Assembly: GCA_007694165.1 (NCBI GenBank) | Contig: RECE01000212.1 | Location: 102,538-166,537, forward strand | DNA length: 64,000 nt | Reading direction: 5' to 3' | From: Bacteroidota bacterium | GTDB taxonomy: Bacteria > Bacteroidota > Bacteroidia > Bacteroidales > UBA7960 | Shown here: positions 39,884-50,561 of the stretch, piece after piece | How positions within the stretch are numbered: position 1 is the first letter of the stretch | How the letters are laid out: every line of letters begins with the position of its first letter | The notes under the pieces: generated by a model | The model's input: the letters and a program-made list of their open reading frames with translations, nothing else | Database searches by the model: none | Told to the model about the DNA's origin: nothing | Program-made: the position numbers and the translations under genes

Positions 39884-41280
39884 GATTGTTCCTTTTGAAC
39901 TTTAACAACAAAAACCTGGGAGGTTTCATATTTGACAATTTTAACGGTTTCACCCTTGTCAATGTAGCCGGTTAAAGCCGTAGCATCATACACATCATCG
40001 TCCACTTCTACTTTTCCACTGGGCCGAAGCATGGTATAGGTCACACCGGTTTTCCCCAGCAGGTCACGCATCTTGATATTCACGGAAGAATAACCGGCAG
40101 ATGTATCCTGTATCGTATTAAGCGACAATGTGTTTCCTAATCTGCCATGAGAGGTTATCAGTTTTGCTCCAATATAAAAGGAGGATGACAGGGAGAGGAA
40201 GAAAGCAATGATAACGATAAGAAAAGCCTGACCAATTTCACTCATAGGTACACCGGTAAAATCAGGTCCCTGATTTCCTACCATGGCAAGGGCAAGGCCT
40301 GAAACCATGAAAATAATTCCTGTAATACCTGCAACACCAAATCCGGGCAGGGCAAAGATCTCCACCGCCACCAGCACAATTCCCAGTACAAAGATGATAA
40401 TCTCCCAATGCGATGCCAGTCCTTCTATGTAAAGAGGAGAAAAATATAACAGTGCAGCAGATGCTGCCAGCAGTATAGGAAATCCAACACCAGGGGTCTG
40501 CAGTTCAAAATAGATTCCACCCAGAATAAGCATTATGAGCAAACCACTTACTATGGGGTGAATCAGAAAATTGATTACCCTGTCCATTCCGGTAAGTTTT
40601 TGTTCAACAACAGTAAAGTTTTCGAAACCGGCAAGCTTGATTACTTCATCAATACTTTCAGCCATTCCTTCACAAAACCCCCATCGCATGGCTTCAGAGG
40701 AGGTAAAAGTGAGCACTTTGCCTTCATCAATCACTCCCTCAATTTCAATGGAAGGGTCAACCATGGCCTGGGCAATGTCGGGATCTCTGTCTTTGGCCTC
40801 AGCTGTAGAGCGCATCATAGAGCGCATATAAGATTGAAATTTATCAGGAACCACTTCGCCAGTTTGATCTACTACAGTGGCGGCACCAATATTGGCACCC
40901 GGGCGCATGTAGATGCGATCGGTGGCAATGGATATTAATGCGCCTGCAGAAGCTGCGTTGTTGTCAATGAAGACCATAACAGGAATTTTGGATTGCATTA
41001 TTCTTGTACGAATGGAATCGGCAATATCAACCTGACCACCGTATGTATTCATATGAATAAGAATTACATCAGCTCCCAGGGTATCAGCATCTTCAAATGC
41101 CCGCTGGGTGCGCCGTAAAGCCGGTGCAGCAATCTGCTCCTTTATATCAAATTTAAATATCAGAAATTCCTTGCCAGGGTTTTCTTCAATAAGCCGCGTA
41201 ATACGATCTTCGCGTGAGGAATATGAGTAAGACGCCCCCATCAGAATGATAACAAGTAAGAATAGAATTTTTTTTCCCAT
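39880..41280 (-). CDS. NfeD-family membrane-bound ClpP-class serine protease
   Basis: 466 aa. Signal/TM segment, ClpP-like domain (MNTYGGQV, NNAASAGALI), four or more TM segments and a C-terminal OB domain (GKVEVDDDVYDA). Confidence 0.85.
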   Translation of the reverse strand: MGKKILFLLVIILMGASYSYSSREDRITRLIEENPGKEFLIFKFDIKEQIAAPALRRTQRAFEDADTLGADVILIHMNTYGGQVDIADSIRTRIMQSKIPVMVFIDNNAASAGALISIATDRIYMRPGANIGAATVVDQTGEVVPDKFQSYMRSMMRSTAEAKDRDPDIAQAMVDPSIEIEGVIDEGKVLTFTSSEAMRWGFCEGMAESIDEVIKLAGFENFTVVEQKLTGMDRVINFLIHPIVSGLLIMLILGGIYFELQTPGVGFPILLAASAALLYFSPLYIEGLASHWEIIIFVLGIVLVAVEIFALPGFGVAGITGIIFMVSGLALAMVGNQGPDFTGVPMSEIGQAFLIVIIAFFLSLSSSFYIGAKLITSHGRLGNTLSLNTIQDTSAGYSSVNIKMRDLLGKTGVTYTMLRPSGKVEVDDDVYDATALTGYIDKGETVKIVKYETSQVFVVKVQKEQS

Positions 41281-41450
41281 GATTTTACGGAATTAATCAA
41301 ATACTTTTTGGTTATTAATAACTAGTATGTAACAAGCAAATGGGTTCATTGTTGCATAAGAGGAAGCTTTGAGTGTCAGAATTGCCGGTTTTATCAACTC
41401 CTTTTTTTTTCAGCGAAAAGAACCAATTTTGCCCATATGTTTTCCTTTGC

Positions 41451-41505
41451 GAAAATAAAAAGAAAAAGCCACTAAAACACGCTTTAAGCAAGGTATTTTA
41501 GTGAC
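41451..41505 (-). terminator. Rho-independent terminator of fsa/tal (minus strand)
   Basis: Stem CACTAAAA / TTTTAGTG (plus-strand coordinates 41470-41503). It is followed on the minus strand by CTTTTTCTTTTTATTTT. Confidence 0.65.
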
Positions 41506-41532
41506 TTCTCCAAGTCTTGTATAAAATGGGTT

Positions 41533-42183
41533 TTATTGCTTGTTATGATCCGCAAGAAATTTTTCCAGACCTATATCGGTAAGGGGGTGTTTGAGCAGAC
41601 CAAGGATGGGTTCCAATGGACAGGTAACAACATCAGCGCCCGCTTCCGCGCACTTGATGATGTGCATGCTGTTGCGTATACTTGCAGCAAGAACCTCAGT
41701 TTCAAAACCATGAATGGTATAAATATTCACAATTTGTTGAATCAACTCCACTCCATCGTAGGAAACATCGTCAAGTCTTCCAATAAAGGGACTAACATAA
41801 GTTGCTCCTGCTTTGGCAGCCAGTAAGGCTTGTCCGGCTGAGAATACCAGGGTACAGTTGGTTTTTATTCCTTTGTCGGTAAAATACCGAATAGCTTTGA
41901 TTCCATCTTTGATCATCGGCACTTTTACCACAATCTGGGGATGAAGCTCAGCCAGTGCATGGCCTTCTTTGATTATACCCTCAAAATCTGTAGCAATAAC
42001 TTCAGCACTTACATCTCCATCTACGATATTACAGATATCCACATAGTGTTGCATTACTCTATCATGCCCTTTGATTCCTTCTTTGGCCATCAGGGATGGG
42101 TTGGTGGTAACTCCGTCAAGAATGCCAAAATCGTTTGCTTCCCTGATTTGATCCAGGTTGGCTGTATCAATAAAAAACTTCAT
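41533..42183 (-). CDS. Fructose-6-phosphate aldolase / transaldolase (Fsa/TalC family)
   Basis: The real start is ATG 42183 (MKFFIDTANLDQIREANDFGILDGVTTNPSL), with the Schiff-base Lys region IVVKVPM. The ORF-track extension to 42360 overlaps the SRP RNA. Confidence 0.92.
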   Translation of the reverse strand: MKFFIDTANLDQIREANDFGILDGVTTNPSLMAKEGIKGHDRVMQHYVDICNIVDGDVSAEVIATDFEGIIKEGHALAELHPQIVVKVPMIKDGIKAIRYFTDKGIKTNCTLVFSAGQALLAAKAGATYVSPFIGRLDDVSYDGVELIQQIVNIYTIHGFETEVLAASIRNSMHIIKCAEAGADVVTCPLEPILGLLKHPLTDIGLEKFLADHNKQ

Positions 42184-42230
42184 AGGATATGTTTTTAGGA
42201 ATGTATAAATGCAAAAAGGGTATAAAAAAA

Positions 42231-42321
42231 GCAAGCCCGGCATCGCACCGCTACGACCGCCTACCCTTGCTACCTTCCGGTCCTGGGGGAGTTCAGCAGG
42301 AGCTGGTCGTACCAGACTTGC
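42231..42321 (-). ncRNA. ffs: Signal recognition particle RNA (small/4.5S type)
   Basis: The minus strand reads GCAAGTCTGGTACGACCAGCTCCTGCTGAACTCCCCCAGGACCGGAAGGTAGCAAGGGTAGGCGGTCGTAGCGGTGCGATGCCGGGCTTGC. It contains the conserved CAGG-CCGGAAGG-AGCA helix-8 core with a GGAA tetraloop. The 5' and 3' ends pair (GCAAGTC/GGCTTGC, GGTACGACC/GGTCGTAGC). A T-run follows and a -7 box lies just upstream. Confidence 0.85.
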
Positions 42322-42326
42322 GAGTG

Positions 42327-42334
42327 CAAAAGTA
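42327..42334 (-). promoter_or_regulatory. -7 promoter box (TACTTTTG on the minus strand) for the SRP RNA
   Basis: Exact TAnnTTTG match ending 6 nt before the inferred 5' end of the SRP RNA. Confidence 0.55.
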
Positions 42335-42522
42335 TAAAAAATTGCCGACCTGACAAGCATCAGATGTTTTTTTTTGAAAAATTTATTGGGCCTGAATTAG
42401 ATGGTTGTGTTTTTTTCAAAAATATCGCGTGTTAACATGTCGTATGTATAAAAGCATTATTTTTGTCATGTAATTTCACTGATTATTTTACCTTAATTAA
42501 TTAATCATTAATGACCTAAACG

Positions 42523-43068
42523 ATGGAAAATTCTGAAATCAAAAACTCTGGAGGATTGGTTAAACCTGCCATTAATCATGCACTTATTATATCTGCTGCA
42601 TTGATAATTCTCACCCTGGTAATGTATCTTACAGGCAATATTCAGAACCGGATAGGTTCGTGGGTATCCTACGCAATTCTTATTGGCGGAGTTGTTTACG
42701 CTTTGATAAACTATCGCAATGAAACCCTGGGTGGTTATATCAGTTATGGAAGAGTGGTAGGCTACAGTGTTGTTCTGGGGCTTTTCATTGGTATCATTAC
42801 CGGTGCCTTTACCTTTCTCCTGTATGGGTTTATATCACCTGAGCTTGTTGAAGAAGCCCGGTTGGAGGCAGAAAGACGCTTGTACCGCAGCAATCCCGAT
42901 ATTGATTATGATATGGCCCAGGGAATTCTTAAAATGCAATACTGGTTGGCTAAACCTTATGTGCTGTTTATGATGAGTATTCTGGGTGGAGCAATTCAAG
43001 GAGTTTTGATAGGCTTAATAGCGGGAATTTTTGTAAAGAAAACCGATCCGGATGCTTTTGATGTATAG
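42523..43068 (+). CDS. Small multi-pass membrane protein (possibly DUF4199)
   Basis: 181 aa with four hydrophobic segments. The family name is recalled, not verified. Confidence 0.5.
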   Translation: MENSEIKNSGGLVKPAINHALIISAALIILTLVMYLTGNIQNRIGSWVSYAILIGGVVYALINYRNETLGGYISYGRVVGYSVVLGLFIGIITGAFTFLLYGFISPELVEEARLEAERRLYRSNPDIDYDMAQGILKMQYWLAKPYVLFMMSILGGAIQGVLIGLIAGIFVKKTDPDAFDV

Positions 43069-43106
43069 TTATTGAAGAACAAGACCTTAACTGGTTAAAA
43101 AGATTA

Positions 43107-43162
43107 GGGGCTGAGTAAAACGCCATAACCAGGCGACTATACTTCAGCCCCATTTTTGTTTT
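43107..43162 (+). terminator. Terminator-like hairpin between convergent genes
   Basis: Stem GGGGCTGA / TCAGCCCC with a long loop that contains an inner CGCC/GGCG stem. Followed by ATTTTTGTTTT. Confidence 0.55.
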
Positions 43163-43190
43163 ACTTCCGTAAGTTCGGATAATAACCCTC

Positions 43191-43946
43191 CTATTCCTTA
43201 TCAATAAAGTCTACGGCAAAATTAATTACGTAAGACCGTCGCATTCGTGGATGTTCCTCAATGGCGACTCCCACTTTCCGGTAGGAAGGATCCATCTGGT
43301 TTTTTCGGTGCCCCCTGTTTTTCACTCCATCATCTATCATCAGGCTCATAATGGCTTCGTGAGCATTGGTAGTTCCCCAGTGAAGGTTTTCAGACAAACC
43401 TTTGATCCATTGCCCATGACGTGAGGCTCTGGCGCTCATTCCTCCCATGCCCTCATGGCTTGCAGTAGCGGTTTTTTTCATGTAGCGGGCATGGTCGGCC
43501 GAGGCCTTGCTCAATCCTTTAGAAGGGTACAATAAGGGTTGTGGTTCTGTTTCAAGATATTCAAGATACAATTCTCTTACCGCTTCAATCCCTTCACGTG
43601 TTCTTAAGGGAGTTCGTCCCGGGAAACGAAACAATGTTCCGTCAAAATACTGCAGTCTCGGAAAAACATATAGTTTGGCATATTTGGGAGGATCATAGCG
43701 GGTAAGGTTCATGGCAAGAATCAGGTTCTTCTCATCATCAGACAGGTAGTCAGCATCTTTGCCGGTATTGAGTTTTTCTGCAGGCCAACCGTCTTCTGCA
43801 AGATAAGCTTCATATTCCAAATTGGAGAAGCCATCAAAATCCTGCAAATGCATGGAATCTCTTTCCTGGGCAAAAACAGGATTAATGGATAGCAAAACAA
43901 TTAAAGTAATTTTTGCAATGGCTAAGGATAACGATGAATAGTTCAT
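43191..43946 (-). CDS. Secreted CAP/SCP/PR1-like domain protein
   Basis: 251 aa. Signal peptide, and a C-terminal CAP-like segment HEGMGGMSARASRHG...ENLHWG...MIDDGVKNRGHRKNQMDP. Confidence 0.7.
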   Translation of the reverse strand: MNYSSLSLAIAKITLIVLLSINPVFAQERDSMHLQDFDGFSNLEYEAYLAEDGWPAEKLNTGKDADYLSDDEKNLILAMNLTRYDPPKYAKLYVFPRLQYFDGTLFRFPGRTPLRTREGIEAVRELYLEYLETEPQPLLYPSKGLSKASADHARYMKKTATASHEGMGGMSARASRHGQWIKGLSENLHWGTTNAHEAIMSLMIDDGVKNRGHRKNQMDPSYRKVGVAIEEHPRMRRSYVINFAVDFIDKE

Positions 43947-44236
43947 ATGGTTATGGATTTAATTTTGTGCAATCTGATTGCGAAAAAAATACATTGAATA
44001 CAAATAACATAACCCCGTTTTCACCAAAAAATTATACGCCGGGCTATTGATCCAAAGATAATATGGAAATTAGAGTCTGAAAAAAATAATTATCTGATTA
44101 TCTTTGCGGGTTGTTTAAGAAGGGGTTAAGGAAGCGCGTTTTCAAAGGTTAATGCCTCCTTTCCCGGTTCTTACAGATAGCCAAATAAGTATAAAAAGAC
44201 AAAAACCCTAATATTCATACTAACCGATTTTCAATC

Positions 44237-46879
44237 ATGAAGGAACTTCCCAAGCAATACACTCCAAAGCAAACAGAAGAAAAATGGTACAAACACTGGA
44301 TGGAAAAGGGCTATTTTAAGTCTTCACCCGACGAAAGAGAAGCCTACTGTATTACCATCCCGCCACCAAACGTTACGGGAGTTCTTCATATGGGGCACAT
44401 GCTCAACAATACCCTTCAGGATGTATTGGTTCGTCGTGCACGTATGCAGGGCAAAAATGCATGCTGGGTTCCCGGAACTGATCATGCCTCCATTGCAACT
44501 GAGGCCAAGGTGGTAAATAAGCTGAAAGAAGAAGGAATAGACAAAAACACCCTCAGCAGGGAGCAGTTCCTCGAGCACGCATGGGAGTGGAAGGAAAAAC
44601 ATGGTGGAATCATCCTGGAACAGCTCAAGAAACTTGGAGCATCATGCGATTGGGACCGTACAGCTTTTACCATGGATGAAACCTTGTCATCATCAGTAAT
44701 AAAAACCTTTGTTGATTTATATAATAAAGGGCTTATATACCGTGGCGTTCGTATGGTAAACTGGGATCCCAAAGCCCTTACCGCACTCTCTGATGAAGAG
44801 GTTATACACAAAGAGGTTCAGTCGAAGTTTTATTATTTGCGCTACCTGATAGAAGGTACTGAAGATGAATACGTAACCATTGCCACCACCCGTCCGGAAA
44901 CCATCCTGGGTGATACTGCCATCTGTGTGCACCCTGAAGATGAAAGGTTTCAGCATCTTAAGGGAAGGAAGGCGCTGGTTCCACTGATCAATCGTCCCAT
45001 ACCCTTTATTTTTGATGAATACGTTGACCGCGAATTTGGAACAGGTGCCCTGAAAGTTACTCCTGCCCATGACATCAATGACTATAATCTTGGGATTAAG
45101 CACAACCTGCCCACCATTGATATCTTCAATGATAACGGTACGTTGAATGAAAAAGCTGAAATCTATATCGGCGAGGATCGGTTTGTGGTAAGAAAGAAAA
45201 TTTCAAAGGAACTGGAAGCAAAAGGCCACCTGGTAAAACTGGAAGAAATAACCAACAACATTGGCTATTCGGAGCGCACCGATGAGGTAATCGAACCTAA
45301 ACTCTCTTTGCAGTGGTTTATGAAAATGGAAGAGATGGCCAAACCTGCTCTTGATGTTGTAATGGACGATACCATTAAATTTTATCCGCCAAGGATGAAG
45401 AACATTTACCGTCACTGGATGGAGAATGTTCGCGACTGGTGCATCAGCCGGCAGTTATGGTGGGGTCACCGTATTCCGGCCTGGTATCTGCCCACAGGTG
45501 AAGTTGTAGTAGCAGAAACTGCCCCGGAAGCGCTGTTGGTAGCCCGCGATAAATACAACAGCACCCTCTCGGTTGAAGAGCTTACACAGGATGAAGATGT
45601 TCTTGACACCTGGTTCAGCTCCTGGTTGTGGCCCATTTCTGTGTTTGATGGTATCAACAACCCCGACAATGAAGACATTAAATATTATTATCCCACCAAT
45701 GATATGGTGACTGCGCCTGAAATTCTGTTTTTCTGGGTCGCCCGCATGATCATGGCAGGTTTGGAATACCGTAAGGAGATTCCTTTTAAAAACGTTTACC
45801 TGCACGGTATCGTAAGAGATAAGCAGGGCCGGAAAATGTCGAAATCTTTGGGCAATTCACCCGATCCACTGGATTTGATTGACCAGTACGGTGCGGATGG
45901 TGTAAGGGTAGGTATGCTGTTTTCTTCTCCTGCCGGCAATGATCTTCTTTTTGATGAAGGTTTGTGTGAGCAGGGAAGAAACTTTTGCAACAAAATCTGG
46001 AATGCATTTCGTTTGACCCAGGGTTGGGAAATTGATGAAAACCTTGCTCAACCCCATAGCAGCAAAGTAGCTGTAGAATGGTTTGAATCCAGTTTCAACA
46101 AAGCACTTGCGCAGATTGAAGACCACTTTTCAAAATACCGCATGACAGATGCTCTGATGGCTGTTTACAAGCTTATCTGGGACGATTTCTGCTCGTGGTA
46201 CCTGGAAATGATAAAGCCTGCTTACCTGCAACCCATCGACAGGAAAAGCTATGATCAAACAATAAGCTTGTTCAATAAGCTTCTTAAGGTTCTGCATCCG
46301 TTTATGCCCTTTATTTCGGAAGAAATCTACCAGCATATCCGCAACGAGGATGAACCCGAAAGCATCATGATTGCCATGACACCCCTGCCCCAAAGCATTG
46401 ATGAAGCATTGCTGGCACGTTTTGATTTTGCCTCACAGGCAGTAATGGCCATCAGGAACCTGCGCCAGGAAAAGGGCATTGCTCAAAAGATCAGTATTGA
46501 CCTGCTCATTCGTAAAAACAATGACGATGCCCCTGATACTACCTTTGATGATCTGGTAAGCAAACTTTGCAATCTCGGTAAGATAGAATACGTAGCGGAA
46601 AAACCTTTGGATGCTTTCAATTTCATCATCAAAACCACCGAGTTTTTTGTGCCGGTAACGCAGGATATTGATGTAGAGGCCGAAGTGGCAAAAATCAAGC
46701 AGGAGATTCAATACCAGAATGGCTTCCTTACTGCTGTAATGAAAAAGCTCGGCAACGAACGCTTTGTCAACAATGCTCCCGATCAGGTTGTTGCCATTGA
46801 AAAGAAAAAACAAGCCGATGCGGAGTCCAAAATCAAGGTGCTTGAAGAACAGCTCAAAAGTCTTGAAGGAAAGCTTTAG
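44237..46879 (+). CDS. valS: Valine--tRNA ligase
   Basis: 880 aa. HIGH-type motif [17 protein letters not shown] motif, and a C-terminal coiled coil. Confidence 0.97.
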   Translation: MKELPKQYTPKQTEEKWYKHWMEKGYFKSSPDEREAYCITIPPPNVTGVLHMGHMLNNTLQDVLVRRARMQGKNACWVPGTDHASIATEAKVVNKLKEEGIDKNTLSREQFLEHAWEWKEKHGGIILEQLKKLGASCDWDRTAFTMDETLSSSVIKTFVDLYNKGLIYRGVRMVNWDPKALTALSDEEVIHKEVQSKFYYLRYLIEGTEDEYVTIATTRPETILGDTAICVHPEDERFQHLKGRKALVPLINRPIPFIFDEYVDREFGTGALKVTPAHDINDYNLGIKHNLPTIDIFNDNGTLNEKAEIYIGEDRFVVRKKISKELEAKGHLVKLEEITNNIGYSERTDEVIEPKLSLQWFMKMEEMAKPALDVVMDDTIKFYPPRMKNIYRHWMENVRDWCISRQLWWGHRIPAWYLPTGEVVVAETAPEALLVARDKYNSTLSVEELTQDEDVLDTWFSSWLWPISVFDGINNPDNEDIKYYYPTNDMVTAPEILFFWVARMIMAGLEYRKEIPFKNVYLHGIVRDKQGRKMSKSLGNSPDPLDLIDQYGADGVRVGMLFSSPAGNDLLFDEGLCEQGRNFCNKIWNAFRLTQGWEIDENLAQPHSSKVAVEWFESSFNKALAQIEDHFSKYRMTDALMAVYKLIWDDFCSWYLEMIKPAYLQPIDRKSYDQTISLFNKLLKVLHPFMPFISEEIYQHIRNEDEPESIMIAMTPLPQSIDEALLARFDFASQAVMAIRNLRQEKGIAQKISIDLLIRKNNDDAPDTTFDDLVSKLCNLGKIEYVAEKPLDAFNFIIKTTEFFVPVTQDIDVEAEVAKIKQEIQYQNGFLTAVMKKLGNERFVNNAPDQVVAIEKKKQADAESKIKVLEEQLKSLEGKL

Positions 46880-46900
46880 GTTGCACCAGCTAAACAAATA

Positions 46901-46946
46901 AAAAACACCCCCGTAATGATAGTGCTTTACGGGGGTGTTTTTTTTT
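46901..46946. terminator. Bidirectional rho-independent terminator (valS / TonB-dependent receptor)
   Basis: 12-bp stem ACACCCCCGTAA / TTACGGGGGTGT, flanked by an A-run upstream and a T-run downstream. Confidence 0.85.
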
Positions 46947-46965
46947 CAGGCTGTTGATTCAGGTT

Positions 46966-49431
46966 TTAAAACCCATAGCTAACTCCTGCCGATACAAATC
47001 TGGGCATACCAACCCTGATTCCCTGGGGCCTGCGTGTAACGATGTATCTTTCATTGAGAAGATTCTTCACACTTACATTAAAGCCAAGCCCTGTACCACT
47101 GTGTTTGTACCAGGCTGATAGATTTGCAATCATATAGGGGTCGAGCTTACCGATTCTGCCATTGGCAGTGGCCTGCACATAATTATATGAATTGTCTGCC
47201 TGGTTGATTTGGATCCATTGGTATACATCGTTGGTATTCAAAGCATCGGTGTATTGACTCCCTGTGTAGTTGGCAGAAAGTCTGACGCCCCATCCGGCAG
47301 CATTTTCCAGGATAAAAGCGGCGGCCATGGTAAGCTCAGGAGCGTAAGGAGTGTGATTTCCATTGACATTCACATAGACATTATCCAAACCTTCCTGCTG
47401 TGCTACTTTACTGAGTACATAACGGTCACTGGAAAAAACAGAGTTTACCCATGTCCCTGCAAAGCTGACCTGCGCACCCCAGTTTTGTGGCAAATATTCA
47501 TCGAAAGGAAGCAGCATTGAGAGCTCCATACCTCTGTGCAAGGTCTCACCCCCGTTCACATATCCGGTACCCATACCTCCTGAGGATTCAGAGACAGGGA
47601 TGACCTGGTTGGAGAAATTCATCATAAACAGGGCGTACTCCCACTCCATTTTGCCAAAGTTTAGCCTTGCACCAATTTCTGTGTTCCAGCTTTTTTCAGC
47701 ATCAAGCTGCAGGTCTGCTCCGTCGTTGCTGATGGCATCCTTGGTTCGGGGAGGCGCAAAACCCCTGTGGATACCGGCAAAGAGTCCCAGGTTATTGGTA
47801 AAGTTATAGTTAACACCTGCACCGGGAATTAATGCGTAAACTTCTGAGTTTGCATGTATGAGGGTGTCAGTATAGTTAAGGCGCATGATTTCGCGTCCAT
47901 ACCAAAGGTTTTCATTGCGGAGACCTGCAGTAAATGAAAGTTTTTCATTGACCAGGAGATTGTTTTGTACAAATGCACTTACTGCATGACCTGTGCGCAC
48001 TTCATCTTCCCTCAGGTTGCCCGACTGATAAGCCACCGAAGTTCCTACTACCCTTTGTTCAAAGGCTTTTTCGTAAAGGTATCGCACACCTGCATCGGTT
48101 TTCATGGTCAAATTTCCAATATCATAATGTACCGACATACGTGGTTCTGCCCCAAATACTTCAAACTGACGATTTCTCTGCCCTGTACTGTTGCGCAGGT
48201 ATATGGCACCGTCTCTCTCACCTTCAAATCCAAGAGGATCTCCTGTTATATTGGAAGCATTCGCATTGTAGGTAAAATCCTGTCTGTTCCAGTTTCTCAC
48301 AGTAGAATATGCAAATACGGTGGTATTGAGTTGCAGCCTGTCAACCGGGTTGTATTTATGGATGGCACTTGCAGCATAACGACGTATGTGCAGGTCATCA
48401 TCGGGAGCAATTCTCAAATCGTCCATTTCTCCTGATGAAAACATGGGTTGGGTTAGCCCTACATAAGTTGAATTGGAGCTCTCATCATATATCCCCACTT
48501 TAAAAGATACAATGGAAACGGGTGATAAACGACTCTGGAGCTTGGTATTAAAATCGTGAAACCTAAAAGCAGTAGGGCCAAAATTTTCGGCTTGTTTACG
48601 CTGAAAATCTACAGTAAAGCCAAAGTTCTCGATGGTATTTCCATAAGAAAACTGCGTATTGAAAAACCCTTTGTCTCCTGCCCTGATATCCATTCTCCCT
48701 TCACCTTGCTTTGGAGGATCGGTGGTAAGGAAGTTAATGACACCCCCAATAGTTTGGGGTCCAAACAAAATGGTTCCATTCCCTTTTAGTATCTCAACGC
48801 CACTCATGCGGTCTATACTTGGAGTGAAATACATCTCAGGCTCTCCATATGGAGCCAGGGCAACGGGGATACCATCTTCAAGTATAAGGACATTGCGGCT
48901 TTTGTCCGGGTCAAGGCCCCTGATGCCAATATTTGCTCTGAGGCCGGCACCCTCCTCCTCTACTACGTGAATGCCGGGAACATTTCTCAATACTTCATTG
49001 CCACTGAGAGGAAGGGTAGTTCTGAGTTCCGCAGCGTCAATTACACTTGCCGAGCCGGGCAGGTATCTCAGCAAACCGATTCTGCTGCCTGAAACCAATA
49101 CCTGATCCAGCAAAAGATAATCCTGCTCTATTTCTATTACAATGAAATCTCCATACTTTTCTGCATCAAAATCCTGATAGATAGTTTTGTATCCCAGTCC
49201 TTTTACGCCAAGGCGTAGGCTCTCTGCAGCGGGTGCCACAAGGTTAAAATTTCCATCCTTATCGGTGGAAACACCCTTGCCTGTACCTGCTACATACACT
49301 GCAGCAAAAGGAACTCCTTTGTTATCATTGATAACCTGACCTTTGATGAGTAACTGACCCGCTGATACTCCAAAAGGGAAAAGCAAAATTAACATAAGAA
49401 GAATAACTGGTAATTTTTTAAATCTTTTCAT
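46966..49431 (-). CDS. TonB-dependent outer-membrane receptor (CarboxypepD_reg + plug + barrel)
   Basis: 821 aa. Signal peptide, IKGQVINDNKGVPFAAVYVAGTGKGVSTDKDGNFNL, a plug region and a terminal GVSYGF. Confidence 0.88.
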   Translation of the reverse strand: MKRFKKLPVILLMLILLFPFGVSAGQLLIKGQVINDNKGVPFAAVYVAGTGKGVSTDKDGNFNLVAPAAESLRLGVKGLGYKTIYQDFDAEKYGDFIVIEIEQDYLLLDQVLVSGSRIGLLRYLPGSASVIDAAELRTTLPLSGNEVLRNVPGIHVVEEEGAGLRANIGIRGLDPDKSRNVLILEDGIPVALAPYGEPEMYFTPSIDRMSGVEILKGNGTILFGPQTIGGVINFLTTDPPKQGEGRMDIRAGDKGFFNTQFSYGNTIENFGFTVDFQRKQAENFGPTAFRFHDFNTKLQSRLSPVSIVSFKVGIYDESSNSTYVGLTQPMFSSGEMDDLRIAPDDDLHIRRYAASAIHKYNPVDRLQLNTTVFAYSTVRNWNRQDFTYNANASNITGDPLGFEGERDGAIYLRNSTGQRNRQFEVFGAEPRMSVHYDIGNLTMKTDAGVRYLYEKAFEQRVVGTSVAYQSGNLREDEVRTGHAVSAFVQNNLLVNEKLSFTAGLRNENLWYGREIMRLNYTDTLIHANSEVYALIPGAGVNYNFTNNLGLFAGIHRGFAPPRTKDAISNDGADLQLDAEKSWNTEIGARLNFGKMEWEYALFMMNFSNQVIPVSESSGGMGTGYVNGGETLHRGMELSMLLPFDEYLPQNWGAQVSFAGTWVNSVFSSDRYVLSKVAQQEGLDNVYVNVNGNHTPYAPELTMAAAFILENAAGWGVRLSANYTGSQYTDALNTNDVYQWIQINQADNSYNYVQATANGRIGKLDPYMIANLSAWYKHSGTGLGFNVSVKNLLNERYIVTRRPQGIRVGMPRFVSAGVSYGF

Positions 49432-49799
49432 AAGTAGACTTGAAATTAGAATGGTAATTGTAAGTTGAAAAGGTGATTATTATGATATTTATTTATTATG
49501 TATTATTCTGGTACCTGATTGCTTATACGTTTTTTAAAAAAACACTCTAAAACACCGGCATATTTGCATCACTGCAACTTAAAGGTAAGATAGAGTGCTT
49601 TTTCAGGAATTAACGTGTGATTTTTGTTACTAACTTTTACAGTAGACTATAATGACAGGACAAAAGTAATACCTTGGTTAGTAGCAGTCAATCCCTAAAA
49701 GTAGGGAAATTGAATGCCAGAATATAGCTGAAATCAGGGATAAAAGAATGACATTATCATTGCCAGGGTAGTATTTACACCTTCTGGGCAGGAAATAAT

Positions 49800-50561
49800 T
49801 TACTCATACAATTCATCTATATCTGCCTGGCACAGTTCCCAAATCAAATGACTTATTCTTTGGGTTAAATCACTGAAATACTGTAGACCTTTTTCTTTTG
49901 TCGCCGCACGGGGATTCCCGATGCCGGTATCATCAGTTACCTGCGTCCACTTGCGTTCAGTCCAGGCCAGCCCTTCAGAGAAAGCTTTGATTTTATTCTT
50001 TTTCTCCTTCCCTGTTCCCCATTTTTCGTGTGGCAAAACCAAATCGGGTTGCAAATACAACATCAGGCTTGTTTCCATTTCGCCGGCATGGTCGCCCGGT
50101 TCTTCAAAATATTTTGATTTAACATCATGCTGATACCAATTGGAAACACACAAAAACATCCCGGGATATTTTACGCCCAACTCCCTGAGTATAGGCTTAA
50201 ATTCATTGCCTCCATGGCTGTTCAGAATCAAAAGTTTGAAAATTTTCTGGTGATGCAACCCGTCAATGATGTCGGAAAGAATAGCGAACTGCGTGCCGGG
50301 ATTTATATTTATATTGAGATATACATCACGCTGACCTGTGTTTACTCCGTAGGGTATGGTAGGCAAAACCATCACCTTTGCTCCCTTTTCCCATGCCAGG
50401 CGGGCCGATTCAGCAGCAAGAAAGTCTGCTTCAATATTATCAGTAGCATAAGGCAAATGATAGTTATGGGCTTCAGTAGCACCCCAGGGTAAAACTGCCA
50501 GCTCAATTTTTTCATTTTTAAGAACATCCCAATGGCTTTCAGCAAGAATATAAGGCTTCAT
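49800..50561 (-). CDS. Creatininase-family amidohydrolase
   Basis: The start was moved from TTG 50600 to ATG 50561 (MKPYILAE). Family motif LPWGATEAHNYHLPYATD, plus NSHGGN and GDHAGEMETS. Confidence 0.8.
   Translation of the reverse strand: MKPYILAESHWDVLKNEKIELAVLPWGATEAHNYHLPYATDNIEADFLAAESARLAWEKGAKVMVLPTIPYGVNTGQRDVYLNININPGTQFAILSDIIDGLHHQKIFKLLILNSHGGNEFKPILRELGVKYPGMFLCVSNWYQHDVKSKYFEEPGDHAGEMETSLMLYLQPDLVLPHEKWGTGKEKKNKIKAFSEGLAWTERKWTQVTDDTGIGNPRAATKEKGLQYFSDLTQRISHLIWELCQADIDELYE

Noticed and set aside
42184-42360. The N-terminal extension of the aldolase ORF (ORF-track start 42360).
   Set aside because: The extension overlaps the SRP RNA, and the canonical MKFFIDTAN start is at 42183.
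49747-49761. A Fur-box-like palindrome AATGACATTATCATT upstream of the TonB-dependent receptor 46966-49431.
   Set aside because: It is 2 nt longer than the Fur half-site spacing. It lies about 320 nt from the receptor ATG and close to the end of the creatininase gene. The surrounding DNA is AT-rich, where such matches are common.
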